This document shows positions 1 to 13,945 of a stretch of DNA of 64,000 nt, piece after piece. The notes below the pieces were generated by a model. That model searched no databases, was not told where the DNA came from, and saw only the letters and a list, made by a program, of their open reading frames with translations. Numbering within the stretch: position 1 is the first letter of the stretch; each line of letters opens with the position of its first letter. The stretch is from the human T2T-CHM13v2.0 reference genome, Homo sapiens, in the NCBI RefSeq assembly GCF_009914755.1, contig NC_060927.1. One strand, 5' to 3'. Made by a program: the position numbers and the translations under genes.

Positions 1-599
1 AACTCCAAGAGTATCATTTTATTTGTCTCAGTAGTACATTAATCAACAGTTGCTGAAAGAAGATTACATTTGGTGAATATTCAAATACCTAATTAGACTT
101 CATAATATTTATATTAGAAGGTTGGGAAAAATAGAAATAGCAAGTAAAGCTTAGTGCTTTAAGGAATCAGGTCACAATTGGTTATTCTGTAAGGCTGATC
201 CTAGTCTACCTGCTTTCTTTCCCACAATGAATAATGATGACCCAATTAATCTGAAGACTGTTGTTCAGATTTCTTCATCCAATGATAAATTTTAGTAGTA
301 CAAAACTAAAACCTCAAGATTTGTTATCCATGAGAAAGACCAGTCTTAAAACTTAGCCACCTCTTGATTACGCAAGAACTCATCATTGCACTTTCCTAGT
401 GGCTTTTTGCCACCCTCTGTTTTTCTCTCCTGTCCTTCAGATCACTTGCCTTGAGCTATTTCATCCCTGATTTGCACTTTCACTAAAAGATGGATCTCTA
501 GAGAAATTAAATTCAAATAATTCATTTTTATTGCTTATAGAGGAGAGTTGATAGGAAGTTGAAATGACAGAAATGAGATTTTAAATCTCTTCTATAAGT

Positions 600-930
600 T
601 TCATTTATTCCATCCATGTTTATTGATTGTCTACTGCATAATAGGTACAGTAGGGGATAGAGAGAGCATAAAGCACAGTCCTGCCCTCCAGAAGACTTTT
701 ATCCCAAAAAAGAGGAGTTCTGTGCACAACTCATACCATCTTAAATCCCCACCTAGAAAGGCTGGTATAAATAAATATGCATTAAAACACAGCTTTACCA
801 CCAGGAAGTTAGAAGTGTCATATAAATAGCATGCAAAATAAATAGTAAAAGAATTCAGTTTAGAAAGAAGCAAGTTTAGAGAGTGTGTGATCAGGGAAAG
901 ATTTACTGAAGAGCTAACATTTGTCACAAG
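600..930 (-). mobile_element. L2 LINE 3' fragment (degenerate)
   Basis: Antisense L2 3'-end-like motifs 'ttgattgtctactg...cacagtcctgccctccagaag' and 'tcagggaaagatttactgaagagctaacatttg'; boundaries approximate. Confidence 0.45.
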
Positions 931-1899
931 TTAGATTTCTAAGAACATAATTCCTGTAGTTATTTCAAATTCCAAAATTATTATATATTGATTATACAAT
1001 ATTGGAGAGTACAGAAAAACATAAGAGAAAAAAACTATCCAAATTACTCATAATCCTACCACCTAGTGAGATATCATTGTTGGTTTTTTGCAGCATATTG
1101 TTATAAGCCTTTTCCTTGCCTTCATGCATAAGTGTGTTTGTATGTGATAATCAAGATCTTGACAAGAAACATATGGAAAGGTCAAATTATACAGCTGGGT
1201 AAAACACAAGGAAGCCACAAGGGGTGGTACAAGCATCTCCAAGATTAAAGTTGGTAAAATGGGACAAGTTCAACTCAAAGTACGAAAGATGACAACCTGG
1301 TAGAATTACATTCAGTGAGTTCAAGACCCCTTAACGTAAGTGAAAAGGCCTAGGCAGGCCCTTTGGTAAATTTTGGTTCACATTTTGACTCCAGCACCAA
1401 CCAACTGTGACTTTGATCCAAGTGACATAAAGTTTCTTGGAGTAAAAATTAGAGACTTTATGTTGAAGAGTGCTTTGTACAGCATCTAATGCGTATAGGG
1501 GCTCAATAACTGGTCATTACTAAGGAGAATAAATGGTGACTGTGTCTTAGACCCTGTTTTATAGGAAATTGGCCCAATTAGCACATTGCCCAAGCAGTGT
1601 TGTAGGTGTCAAGCAGTTGAACAACATTCATGCTTAATGTTTGTCATGCTGGATAGATGGGTTCCGCTAAAAAAAAAAATAGAAATAAAATATTTATTTT
1701 ATAGAAATCTACAGAAAAATAGAATTTTATCCATGGTAAATTTTATCTCTTATTTTTGAAATCCCTTTGCAACCTGTTACCACTCATTTGTCTTTGAGTA
1801 CTAATAGAGAAACGACATTCACATATTAGTAATACATCTTCGAAATAATCTGTTATGCATTAGTATATGCATAATATATATATGCATTAATATGTCTTT

Positions 1900-2445
1900 T
1901 GTTTTGCCTGCTCAGATTTCACTTACCCTACTTTGGGTAACAATACAATTTCCCTCTGAGAAACTCTAGTTTTCAGTTCATGAGGTTTGTGTGGACCTCA
2001 AAGAAGGGAACTCATAACTCAGGCCGACCTATTAAGAGCACAGAACTTCCCTAATCTCAATGAATGATGCTTCAGGAGTGATGTGACCACAGTCAGTCCC
2101 GTCAGTGAAACCTGAGATTTTAAGGAGCATTTGGTAAGAGCCACTTTTTCTCTTCCCCAATGCACTTAGGCTTGTAACAGTTAAAGCCTAAAGCTGCTGG
2201 TAGCTATCATGCCATCATAAGGTTGCTTCACAGAGAAGCCAATATGGAGATGGGCTGCATTGAGCTGAGCTGAGAGGTGGAAAAAGATAAACCAGCTCCT
2301 GTCACTCTCTTGATACCTTAGATCAAACTGTATCGGAAGTGATCTCCTCTTGGATGCCACAGTTACAAGACACAATAATTTTTCTTTTTCAGCTTCAGTT
2401 AGTTTCATTTTGGGTTTTCTGTCATTTGCAACTAAAATAGAGCTG
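1900..2445 (+). mobile_element. Old MaLR LTR (MLT1J/K/L-like)
   Basis: Ends with an MLT1-type 3' motif 'cttcagttagtttcattttgggttttctgtcatttgcaactaaa'; internal 'aagcctaaagctgctggtagctatcatgccatca'. Confidence 0.55.
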
Positions 2446-2920
2446 AACAACGCATTCACTTTGATTTAGTAGTTTATTTTTCCTGGAATGTGAGGTCACA
2501 GTTACAATCTTAATTCTTCCCAGTTCCTGTAATGAGACTAAAAATTAAATTTCATGCTATTCAACAGAATTTGAGAACCAATAAACTAGAATATGCTAGA
2601 GACCAACATAGCACTTCTGTGGACTTGAGGGCATAATTTTGTGTCATTTATGCAATAGAAACTTCAGCAGAAAGCTCTCTCATCATGGAAATACTGCTCT
2701 TTTAAAATAAATATAAGACAAGCATGTGAGGAATCTAGTGGAATCTCTCCATTTCACCCCAATAGAATCTTCTGAGAGTAGAGAAACATGCATTTGTTAG
2801 ATGTTTTTTTTTTTGTAAGTTAGAATTGTCTGGCTCAGTGTACAATAAATCATTTGTATTTTTCTCTGTAGTCTTCTCATTCAGGATAAAAGAGACACAT
2901 ATAACCGCCAGCCCCAGTCC

Positions 2921-3030
2921 ACTCACTGTAGACTGATTTCCTCACTGCTTTCATCTCAGCAGCTGCTAATGTCACAAATAGGCAGGCTTTGAAGTCAGAG
3001 GGAGGGGACAAGAGCAGCACAACTTTTTAA
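2921..3030 (-). promoter_or_regulatory. Candidate minus-strand promoter / first exon with GTGAGT donor
   Basis: Read on minus: TTAAAAAG (3030-3023), then about 70 nt containing a CAGCTG E-box and ending ...AGTCTACA|GTGAGT (intron would start at 2926). Unique sequence; motif-level evidence only. Confidence 0.25.
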
Positions 3031-4729
3031 CTGTACAGCAACCAGGAAACTTCTTTGAAAACCAGAATTTCAGCATCAAATTCAGTTAGGGCACTCTGCC
3101 TTGAAGGGAGTAGGGGGGTATCACTGCCAATTGATATGTAAGACGATTCTTTCTTCTTTATCTTATTCTTAAGTGTGAGCAGAAACCTTGCTCATGTGTA
3201 ATCTTGAAGTGAAGCAGAAGACAAAGTGGGAGAGAAAATCTGGGCCCCTTAGGGAGGTCCTGCCTGGTGTAGCTGGTATTAGCAGTACATTCGTTTAGTG
3301 TGCTTTGGGGGTTAGGGGAAAGGTAGAAGCCAAATGGTACTTGAAACAGAGAAGAAAGCAGGATGACCTGGTTTTTGCTTTCTTCCCTTCAGGACTTGCT
3401 TTTCCATTTACATCCTGCTTTAGACAGTGAGGCTTGATAAACATTTGAGTTATTCGTGGATTGCTTTGAACTCTGAGTAAAAGATGCATATACAAGTCTC
3501 CTGTATTTTTGTTTATTCTCTATATACTGGGTAGATGGGAATAAATCCTAAAGTAAATGGAATAAGAGTGAAGGGTATAGAAGGATTAACAAATGTATCA
3601 TCATAGGCCTTTCCCTTTCCTTTTTTCCTTTCTATTCTTCCTTCATGCTTTATACTACTTTCTGTCTTGAAGTAGGAGGAACTGTGGGGAATTTCTTCTG
3701 AAAACGTGCCATAGTCCACACACTGATGACTCCCTTGCATGAAATCTAATTCCATAGTTCATAATTTTCCTCTTTTGCCTTCCTTTCTCTTGGCTCTGTT
3801 TAAATTTTCCATCTGCCTCTATTCTCTCTGTTGCTTCCCTCTCCTTCCTGTTTTTAAGTAGCCTTTTCAAGCTTAGTCTCAAACAACTTGATACAGTCAC
3901 GTTTCTCCTCTTTTCTCTCTCACCATATGTTTACTTCTAGCTTTCCTCTTTAGGTATCCTCCCTTTCTGATTTATTTCTGAGTCCTAAGGCTCTGGGCAA
4001 GGCCTGCTCAGGGTGCCCACAAAGCTTCTTAGGGAAAAGAGCTTGGAAACTTTAATAGGACAGTAACATTCCAAGCTCAGCATGGATGGCAGAGAATCCA
4101 CAATTCTCCCTGGCATGAGATTTTTCCAGAGGCCTTGTCCATAATGCTTGCACGCCGGAACTTGGAATTTCCAGATGTGATATTAGGGCTATGGGCAGTC
4201 AGTTTGCCTTTACAAAAGCAAATCTGAACCTTAGCCTCTAGTAATTATTGGGGGAAAAATATTTCTATAACTTTCTTCTTCTTTTTTTGGACCTTTATTC
4301 TGATGTATGGCTTGGAGTTGCTCACATTTAGATAAGAAACTTCAATGTGTTGACAGTATAATTATTTCACAATAGTTAAGATAGTGAATTCCACAAACTT
4401 ACTTCCAGCATCATTCTATCTCTGACAGAGGCTCACATTTTCTCTTAATGCCTGTTTTAAATATATAGATAAATTTCATTTGCATATTCATGAGAAAATC
4501 TATTTCTCCTCCTATCTTCTGATTCCCAACATGGTTGCATGTAATTTAACCATTTCTGACAGTCCTGGTAAAGAGTTTGGTCAATTTCTAAAGGTAAGAA
4601 CTATTCTAGAAAATAAACTGTTAGGAAACAGAAACCTCAATGTGGAGAAAGTTGCCAGGCGGGCTTCTAGAATGCGACATTTTTTATGCCCTGGAGCTGG
4701 TGGTAGTGTGATACAATAAGAAGGTGAGA

Positions 4730-5075
4730 CACCTAATCCAGCCCTGCCAACTCCCAGCTCTGTGATCCTTAGAAAGTTACTGATATAATTTGAACCTTAA
4801 TTTATCTATCAAATGTGATTTGAGAATAATAATCTTGTAGATGTGATAGGATTAAGTAAAATAATATTTGTAAATTACCCAGTACATTTATATTTAAACT
4901 TACATAAGACTGTATGCCAAGCAGGGTTTGAGTGCTCTGCAAATACAATTTCATTCTTCATAACAGCCCTGTAAGATAACCTTATTTGTATAAGTGTTCC
5001 CATTTTTCAGAGAAGAAAAATGACCTATACAGGGGTTAACTAACTTGGTTAAGGTCACCCAGCTAGTGCCACCTA
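4730..5075. mobile_element. Two MIR SINEs, tail-to-tail (about 4730-4885 +, about 4895-5075 -)
   Basis: MIR cores 'gctctgtgatccttagaaagttact' and antisense 'cccatttttcagagaagaaaa...ggttaactaacttggttaaggtcacccagctag'. Confidence 0.6.
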
Positions 5076-5081
5076 GCAGGC

Positions 5082-5916
5082 TGCCTGTCTTAGAACATGC
5101 AATGGTGGATAAATACAGCTACCAGAATATAATATCAGATATGTTTTTAAAATGGAATGAGAAACCATCTCTCTAGGGTTGGCCCTACACACTACAAATG
5201 TCCAACCTGGGCATCTAGTCATTGAAGCCCCGCACCTAACCACAGAGTGGTGCCTTCCCCATAGAACAGGTTACTCCATGTATGTTCATATTCATTTCGA
5301 TTGCTGCCCCATTGTATTTTCATGATTTCCTGCTATTTTTTTTAGTTTTGTGGCATAGATATTGCTATTTCACCTGTAATGTGACTATTGCCTCAACAGT
5401 TGACTTCCTCTGTTAACATTATTGTTTTCTTAGCTGTTTCCTTCCCCATTTTCACCTCCAGTTGTCTACATTTACATTCCCCAGTTCTCTAACAACTTTC
5501 TACCCTCCTGGGCTAACGCATATTTAATAAGTTTGTATGGTTTATCTTTAAAGTTTGTTTTTCCTGCTTTTAGAGCTATTAAGTAGAACTCGATAAATTG
5601 CTGGAGGATAAATTGTGGTGCACATTGAATCTATGCAAATTTGTATTTTGTTTTAAGTGTCTCGTTTTCTACAGTCACATGCCTGGCTGATAAATCAATG
5701 GCTTTATTTTCTATAGAACCTCCCTCGGCATGATCTTCAAGGCAGGTAACCCTACTCCATCAGACCTCCTGAACTAGTCCTCCTCCGTTACTTAACCTAG
5801 TGCCTATCTTAGAACATGCGATGGTGGATATATTCAGCTGCCAGAATATAATATGAGATATGTTTTTAAAATGGAATGAAAAACCCTCTCTCTAGGGTTG
5901 GCCCTACACACTACAA
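5082..5916 (+). repeat. 116-bp dispersed direct duplication (5082-5197 and 5801-5916)
   Basis: Manual alignment shows no gaps and 8 mismatches in 116 nt (about 93% identity); starts are 719 bp apart. Confidence 0.95.
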
Positions 5917-5923
5917 CTCTCTT

Positions 5924-6413
5924 TGTCATACCCTTAGCCACCAGATCCCTACCTTCAGGTCACCAGCCTGGAGCTGCAGTCATTTGAGTTTGTGATTAAT
6001 GCTTTAGCATTGGATTTCTGGATATCCAGAGGTAACTGAATTTCAATCATGCTTGACGCCCCTTGCTTTGTTTCTAACTTTGCTTTTTACTTGCCTTCCA
6101 CCTTGTTTTGACTTCACCATCAATCCAGTCTTGGGTTCAAACTGACTCTGGTTTTCCCCACTTCTTGAGTGACTCCCAGCTAATCTTTGTTGTTCTGTCA
6201 TAACTAGGTCTTGGTTCCTCACTGGCTGTTGGTCCCTGACTTGGGTCCGGTGCTTATGACATTCCGCTGCCTTGTTCCAGGCTTGCCCTACGTGGCAGCC
6301 ACCATATCCACTTCTTCTTCTGAACCCTGCTGACTTAGGGGCTTCTGGTGCACTCTCAACACCTAAGGACTGCTTCTGCCTTGCAACCCGGTCTCTTTTA
6401 ACCTTTTGTGACA
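5924..6413. mobile_element. Possible ancient Gypsy-like solo LTR (MamGyp-type)
   Basis: Bounded by TGTCA...TGACA; pyrimidine-rich body of degenerate 'cctgacttgg/cttggttcc' units resembling vertebrate Gypsy LTRs; no TSD retained. Confidence 0.4.
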
Positions 6414-8190
6414 TTTGAGTCAGTCTTTAGGAACTGCACAAGCAAAGCTGCTGAGAGTCTCTTGCTAAATGTTGTTCTTATCATCTTCTTTGTGCTTTGC
6501 AGTAAGTTATGAGCACATTCCCTCTTATCAAGCATTAAGTGAGGTGTTGTGGTAGAAACACTATTACTTCCTTCCTAAGTCGGTGTACTGCATATGTGGA
6601 GAAGTTGGCCAAATGCCCCATGCTTGGGCTTTTGGCTAAGCCCTAGCACATGCAACTTATACAAAAGAAGCTGCTAGCTCAGCACCTGACTGGCATCCCT
6701 GAAGCCCGTGGGGAAAGTATGTAAATTTGATTCAAAAAGGAACTCTGGATTGCCTACACTAATGCTATAATTCTGACTGTTAATCCTGACAAACAGCGGC
6801 CTGTAATTCTTGTTAACTCTCTAGTATCTAACCTGACATATACCATACCATTTCAAAAGATCAATTCCCAGTAAATACAGGATGTTTTCAGTTGACTGTC
6901 CACAGTATTTAGCAAAGATGTTTTACACCAGTGCCCAAAAGACAGGTCTTTAATAGCCACCACTTCTGTTTCAAGCTGCAGACAGTAGGGGTAGATAGAA
7001 GTACACATCTGAAAGACAGCTGAGTGTTTCTTCCCGACACCAGACGCTTCTCTCCTGGAATAGGGCCAGATCGGAGCTGTCTGGATTCTTTGTGAGCCTG
7101 TTCCAAACTAACGTATTTATTATCAAGGAGGAAAGCTTGCCTGATGTTAGATCACTGATGTTTGCTTTGCAGTGTTTTCTTGCAGAAAATTGCAAGAAAG
7201 AGCTTGAAACAATTTTGGTGAGGAAACTACAGAGAAATCCACTTTTCTCAAGGGTGAAGTCCTGACAATACCCCTGCAGATTGGGAAAACTGGCTATCAC
7301 CTTTTTCCTCTTTTTATAAGAAAAGTGATGCTTCCCAAATGATAAATAGTGACAATATATGAGGGTCTAATGGTATTTTGTTAAAGGCTGGAGCATTCTT
7401 ACTGAATGTTTTAAATATTCTTGGTTATGAGAATAGGGATTTATTTTTAAATGATTATTTGGCCCAGACAATGCTTATAAAATATGTACATTCTGTTGGT
7501 ACAACATACAAATCTTTTGTGGTGGTTTTGAGAAAACCCCAGACTTCTCAAGTCTGGGAACAGATGGAGCTCTAAACTCAACCGCATCTTACAAAAAGGA
7601 CATGTGTTACTATCTGCCTGTCTTTTCACTTTATGTGAGATGTTCCACTTTCTAGTGAGCAGTTATCAGACTTCTGTGAGTATACAAACTTTTGAAGTGG
7701 ATGTGTTACACAGTTGTAAAATTAGAGAATTTTGGACTCAGCTATGTCTTTTAACAGGTATTGGTAATTAAGACCTTTGGAAAGTGATAACCATTTAAAT
7801 GTGTTTCACAAGATGGGATCTGTAGCATTTTGGTCACAGGTATCGACATGTATACATCTGTAAGAACTTGAACTCAAATGCTTTGAAAACATCAAGATAA
7901 AATAGTTCATTTAAATTATAAAATTTCTCATTCCCTCATTCCTGTGTAGCTGACTAAAATCCACTGGATAAGACCTAACTGGTGGTGTATGCAGGGCACT
8001 GGAGATGTTGTACATTATTCATAACTTTAGCTGGTATTTATGAACTTCCTACTATTCAATTAGGAAGTTATTTATGCTAAATCTTGACAGAGCAATCTCA
8101 AAGTATAGAGTTTAGAATCACCTCCCATTTAAAGAAAAGAATAAATTTCCTTCCTTCCTTCCTTCCATCATTCCTTCCTTTCTTTTCTTT

Positions 8191-8634
<444 letters not shown>

Positions 8635-8663
8635 TAGAAAGTTAAATTATTTAACTTAAAAAC

Positions 8664-8890
8664 ACTAATCAATACTAATCAAAAGATTCATTGTAAGCTA
8701 CTTTAACAAAGATTCATACTACACGTATAATAATTCAACTTATATGTATACTATAAAACTATAAAAACTAAAAAAACATGGATACTATAAAAACTAAAAA
8801 AAACTAATCAATACTAATCAAAAGATTTATTGTAAGCTACTTTAACAAAGATTCATACTACACGTATAATAATTCAACTTATATGTATAC
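8664..8890 (+). repeat. 88-bp near-perfect duplication (8664-8751, 8803-8890) with a 51-nt self-repetitive spacer
   Basis: The copies differ at one base (gattcattg vs gatttattg); the spacer contains ctataaaaactaaaaaaa twice. Confidence 0.95.
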
Positions 8891-9025
8891 AATTGACTTA
8901 AAATATATTTTCTATAAAAGTATGCTTCTTAGCTAGTCATAAAATATTGACTGGATAAAGGAATCAGTCTTAGAGATGGTACTTTCTACATGGTACTTCT
9001 ACAAGCAATTAAATACAATATTGTA

Positions 9026-9463
<438 letters not shown>

Positions 9464-9966
9464 TTAATGATTACTTTGCATTTCACTTTCTCAAGATGGA
9501 AGTCTCTAAGGTCAGGCTTCTTAGTTGTTTGTGTCATTACATCTCTTCATTCCTTTACATTGCCTGTGGAAGGCTCTGAAATGTGAAATGCCACTTAGAA
9601 TCTGAAATAGCTTTATTTGTTTATTTTTTTAACGTTGAATTTGGGGTACTAGGAGGTAGGTAGGGAAGATCTGGTGGACTCGTATCTTCTAGAACTATCC
9701 AAAGAAATATTTCTTTTTTTGTCATGTGGCTTTTCAGAACTTGAACAAATTGTCTGCTTTTGTGTTTTTTTTTTTAATAGAATGGGCCATGACTAAACTC
9801 AATTGCCTAGTCAGTAACTAATTTGATATAAGTCTTATGGGAGGTGCCAATTAAGCATAATGTAAAAATTTTCATGTTCAGCAGTGGCAGACTACGAGTT
9901 AAAGTGTTGGGTCTTTGGCGCTTTCCCTCTGTGTTATGGAAAAAGGAAAAAGAGATGACTTTAGAC

Positions 9967-10075
9967 TAGTGGTTCTCACAGTATGGTCCCTGGACCAGCA
10001 GTAGGGACATCATCTGAGAACTTACCTAGAAATGTAAATTTTAGGGCCCTTCCCTGATTGATTCTAATGATTGAC
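9967..10075. mobile_element. MER5A-like hAT-Charlie fragment
   Basis: 'agtggttctcacagtatggtccctggaccagcag...catcatctgagaactt...agaaatgtaaattt' matches the MER5A end. Confidence 0.7.
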
Positions 10076-10443
10076 AGACAGGATCTTTAAAATGTCTTCA
10101 TGCAGGTGGGCCTTTGGGTAACCCTTAAGTCATAGAGCACAGGCAACCATGAGGTTGTTTAGGATTAGAAGAAATCTTGTCAAGTTGTATCTCTGTCTCC
10201 CACCTTGTAGGAAAGGACTATACTCCCATGCAGCCAGCCTAGTTGAAAATATGTATTTTAAACTGTTTTTAAAAGATTCCACAGCTTCAAAAATTGATTT
10301 GCCCCAAATTTAACAGCCCTTTTCATCTGGAAATTTATTATATGGCTTAATTAAGGCAAACCACTCTATTGTTCTATTTTAAAACAAATTTAATGGAAAA
10401 CTGCTTAATATCCCCTCCCTTTCCTTTGAACACTTGAAAAACA

Positions 10444-10746
10444 TTTTTATTTTATTTTTTTGATACAGAGTCTTGCTGTGTCACCCAGGCTGGAGTGCAG
10501 TGGTAGTGCAATCTTGACTCACTGCAACCTTCGCCTCCCAGGTTCAAGTGATTCTCATACCTCAGCCTCCCTTTTAGCTGGGATTTCAGGTGTGTGTCAT
10601 TGTGCCTGGCTAATTTTTATGTTTTTAGTAGAGACAAGGTTTTACCATGTTGGTCAAGCTGGTCTGGAACTCCTGGGCTCAAGTGATTTGCCTGCCTTAG
10701 CTTCCCAAAGTGCTGGGGTCACAGGCCTGAGCCACCGCGCCTGGCC
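10444..10746 (-). mobile_element. Alu (older S/J-type)
   Basis: Full antisense Alu dimer; source of ORF 10460-10765. Confidence 0.95.
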
Positions 10747-12068
10747 AGGGAAACTTTTATTTTAAATAGGCTACTTGCCTTTTATACTGCATGCTTATTC
10801 ATGTAATCCTTTGTTTCTAAGTTTATCTTTTCAAGATTTATTTCCCAGCAAATGTAACTCTATAGAAATTAACCTAGTCTCCAATTGGAAACGTGTTGAA
10901 GCAAAGTCCCCCTTTTGCATGAGGTTAGAAAATGACAGTACTTCGGGTATAAAATTAGTTCCTTAATCCTCCCCCAAGGTGTACCATTTTGTGCTTCAAC
11001 TTGTATGGCCTATAAACCTTGAGGAATTTTATTGTCTTTGAACATTATCCAGCAAATCTCCTCTAATTAATTTAATCCCTACAGACATATACTTGTTGAT
11101 CAGTACAAATCAAGGCCAAAAATATCAGTCCTGCTTGGAAAGCTGCTTTTGGCAAGAAGACTCTTGATTCTGAGTTGTTTTGAGCTCATGCAGCAAAGGT
11201 ACTCAGGAAGGCTTTTACCTCACCCTACTCCCATTTCATTAGTGACAACTGGCAGACACGAGAATCTTCATGTATGTGCTCATCCCTCTGGCTTCCTTCT
11301 CCCACCTGCTAATGGAAATTGTTAACATTACTTTATTTGCAGAAATAGTCTTAGAATAATTAGAGGGCCAACCATCCTGAGAATCACTTAATACAGCCTA
11401 TTGGCTTAAATCAATTTTCCTCTAAAGGGTAGTGTGGATGAATGCCTTTTGTTTGTTCGTTTGCTTGTAAGGACTTCCAGCCTTGAAAAACCATTGTCTT
11501 TACAGATAACACAGTTCCATGATTAATAACACACTTTGTCAAGAAAGTTTCCCTAATGGGTAAACTCAGTACCTTCCACTGTATCTCAAGATCATTGCCT
11601 CTGCCTTGCCTTCTTCATGCCTAAAAGTCCAGCAGTAAGTCATCCTTTAGCTTTTTTGTCCTTTGATGCAATTATCCTGATTTTCTTTCATCATTTTCCA
11701 TCTATCTGTTTCTGGCTTTCTACATTTCTCTTAATTCTTTCTAAACTCTTCATATAAAACAGATTTATTATTTTGTAGGATCAAGACAGTGCTAACCTGA
11801 GTGGGTAGATGGATTACCTAATGATTCTTGGATATATTTTTATTCTTATATCCCAGAGTCACACTACAAAAATCATAGATTACTGTGATTCCTTTATCCA
11901 TTCTTCAGATACTTACGTGTGGATTTAGATATTTTATCTTTTTCCAGCCTGTTTTATATGTTGGTAGACAAATAGAAAACGTTCTTATTGATTGCTTTTA
12001 AAAGTACAGAATTTGAAGCTATAGTGTGTACACACAATGCTTTACTCAGACCAATTATACAATTATAT

Positions 12069-12404
12069 CAGAGGTTGGTAAGCTTTTTCTTTAAAGGAGC
12101 AGATAGTAAATAATTTAGGTTTGTAGATCATAAAGTCTTGTTACAATTACTTGACTCTGCTTTTATAGCATGAAAGTAGCCCCAGACAATATATAAGTGA
12201 ATGACAATGACTGTGTCCCAATAAAACTTTATTTGTAGGTATTATATGCAATTTGAATTCATAAAATTTTTATGTCACAAAATATTATTATTTTGATCTT
12301 TTTCCTACTATTTAAAAATGTAAAAACCATTCTTAGCTTGCAGACAGTACAATAACAGGCAGTGGACTGGATTTGGCCCTTGGGCTGTAGTTTGCTGACA
12401 CCTG
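12069..12404 (+). mobile_element. MER58B hAT-Charlie MITE
   Basis: CAGAGGTTGG...TGACACCTG termini, 336 bp, perfect 8-bp TSD aattatat (12061-12068 and 12405-12412). Confidence 0.9.
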
Positions 12405-13772
12405 AATTATATGAAATGGGGGGTTTTAAACACTGAAAATATTTATTAAGCCTCAGCATATCTTGTCATCCTGAAGTGCTTAGTTTGGTCTCCCCCTCAT
12501 TCATATTTTCTGCTGTCGTCTTTTACAGATCAGACCCATTTCCACTGTCCTCTAATATCCTTTCTAGTGATATTTTAGTGCCACTACACTACACTTCCAG
12601 TAGAATGAATGACGGTATTCAAACAATGTTGACTGAATGAATGCATGAATGGGAAAAGAGGATGTGGAGAAAAGAAGGAAGAAAGACAGCACCTAAAATG
12701 GAGATAATTTCATAATTGGTGAAATGGAAAAATAAATACGAATAAGTTATTTGAAAGAAGAGATCATCTATGTGTTCCAATTTCAGTAGTTTTGTATTGT
12801 GTCCAAACAGAAAAAATTTTGAATTGGATATAATTCCATTGCTCCTCCTACTTGTCCTTTGGTGTTGCCTCATATTTTTAGTGTGTTTTATTTTTCTGTG
12901 TCCAAATCAGAATAAAAAACAATTTTGCCATTTTTTAAAAGATGCCATACAGTACAAAGAAATTACATCCCTATATGTGGATGGTTCATTCAACCAATAA
13001 TAATCTTGAGGTTATTGGTTCAAATCTACTGTACACCAATTCTTCACAGCAACAGACCTAACTTCAAAATGTGAACAGCAGCCCAGTAAATGCTTACTCT
13101 TGATAAGAAGATCTAGGGAAGAGAATATTGGTGAATCAAAATATAACCTTCCCTGTAACTGAAAATGTGCCTGACAGCATATATCCTTTGTACAGTGGAT
13201 AAATGGTATTATATAAGTGAAGGATAACATATTCAGAAAAATATTTATGATTAATTCAGGGATACAGAATCCATCCTAGTTAATGACAATCTCTTCTGAA
13301 CACTGAAAATATCATTATTGCACTCATATTTATACTTGTCTGTGCATGGGGGTTTTTACATAAACTTCCCTGGTCTTTTGGCGTTGGGAAAACAATGCTG
13401 TTTTGAAAGCTAGAACATGTATCCTTGTGTTTTCTGTGGCATCAGTGCTTTAAGTATATATTAAGCAATACACTGGAAATGTTTTTTTAATAAGAAAGGA
13501 AATAGAAAATCCACCACTTCACAGGTATCTGCAGTGCTTTATATTCTATAGAATGTGAGTACTTAGCTCTGGAAGGGTTTAGGCTCTTAAAGAATGAGAA
13601 CAATCCAAATCCATTAGAACAAGTTGATGAACTGCATTTCCATGGGCTTGCCTTGGGTCCAGTTAAATGAGAGACAAGCTAGCTAATAGATCCATCAGGT
13701 AAGCTGGCTACGGCCATTGCTTTTATTCCGCATGGAGGCAGAGTTCATTGGGAAGAGGCCAGGTTTACCATT

Positions 13773-13945
13773 CCAGTGCTTTCCAAATATGCCCTGTGGA
13801 ACTCCAATTTTATAAAATGCAACCAAATAAAGGGCTCTGTAGTGAAATTAGTTCAGAAGACCCTATGGGGTATGGTCTGCCACTGGAGATACATAGGACA
13901 CATTAATATATTAAGGGTTCTGAGCAGTCCTGCAATAGATAGCTG
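13773..13945. mobile_element. MER103C-like hAT fragment
   Basis: 'cagtgctttccaaa...ctgtggaac...aagggctctgtagtgaaattagtt' and 'attaagggttctgagcagtcctgca'. Confidence 0.55.

Noticed and set aside
6043-6414. 123-aa minus-strand ORF
   Set aside because: Coextensive with the pyrimidine-biased LTR-like block, whose composition suppresses stop codons; I saw no splice context.
8664-8890. Repeat-spacer-repeat arrangement resembling a CRISPR array
   Set aside because: Only two 88-bp units, the spacer is built from local sequence, the context is primate, and there are no cas-like ORFs.
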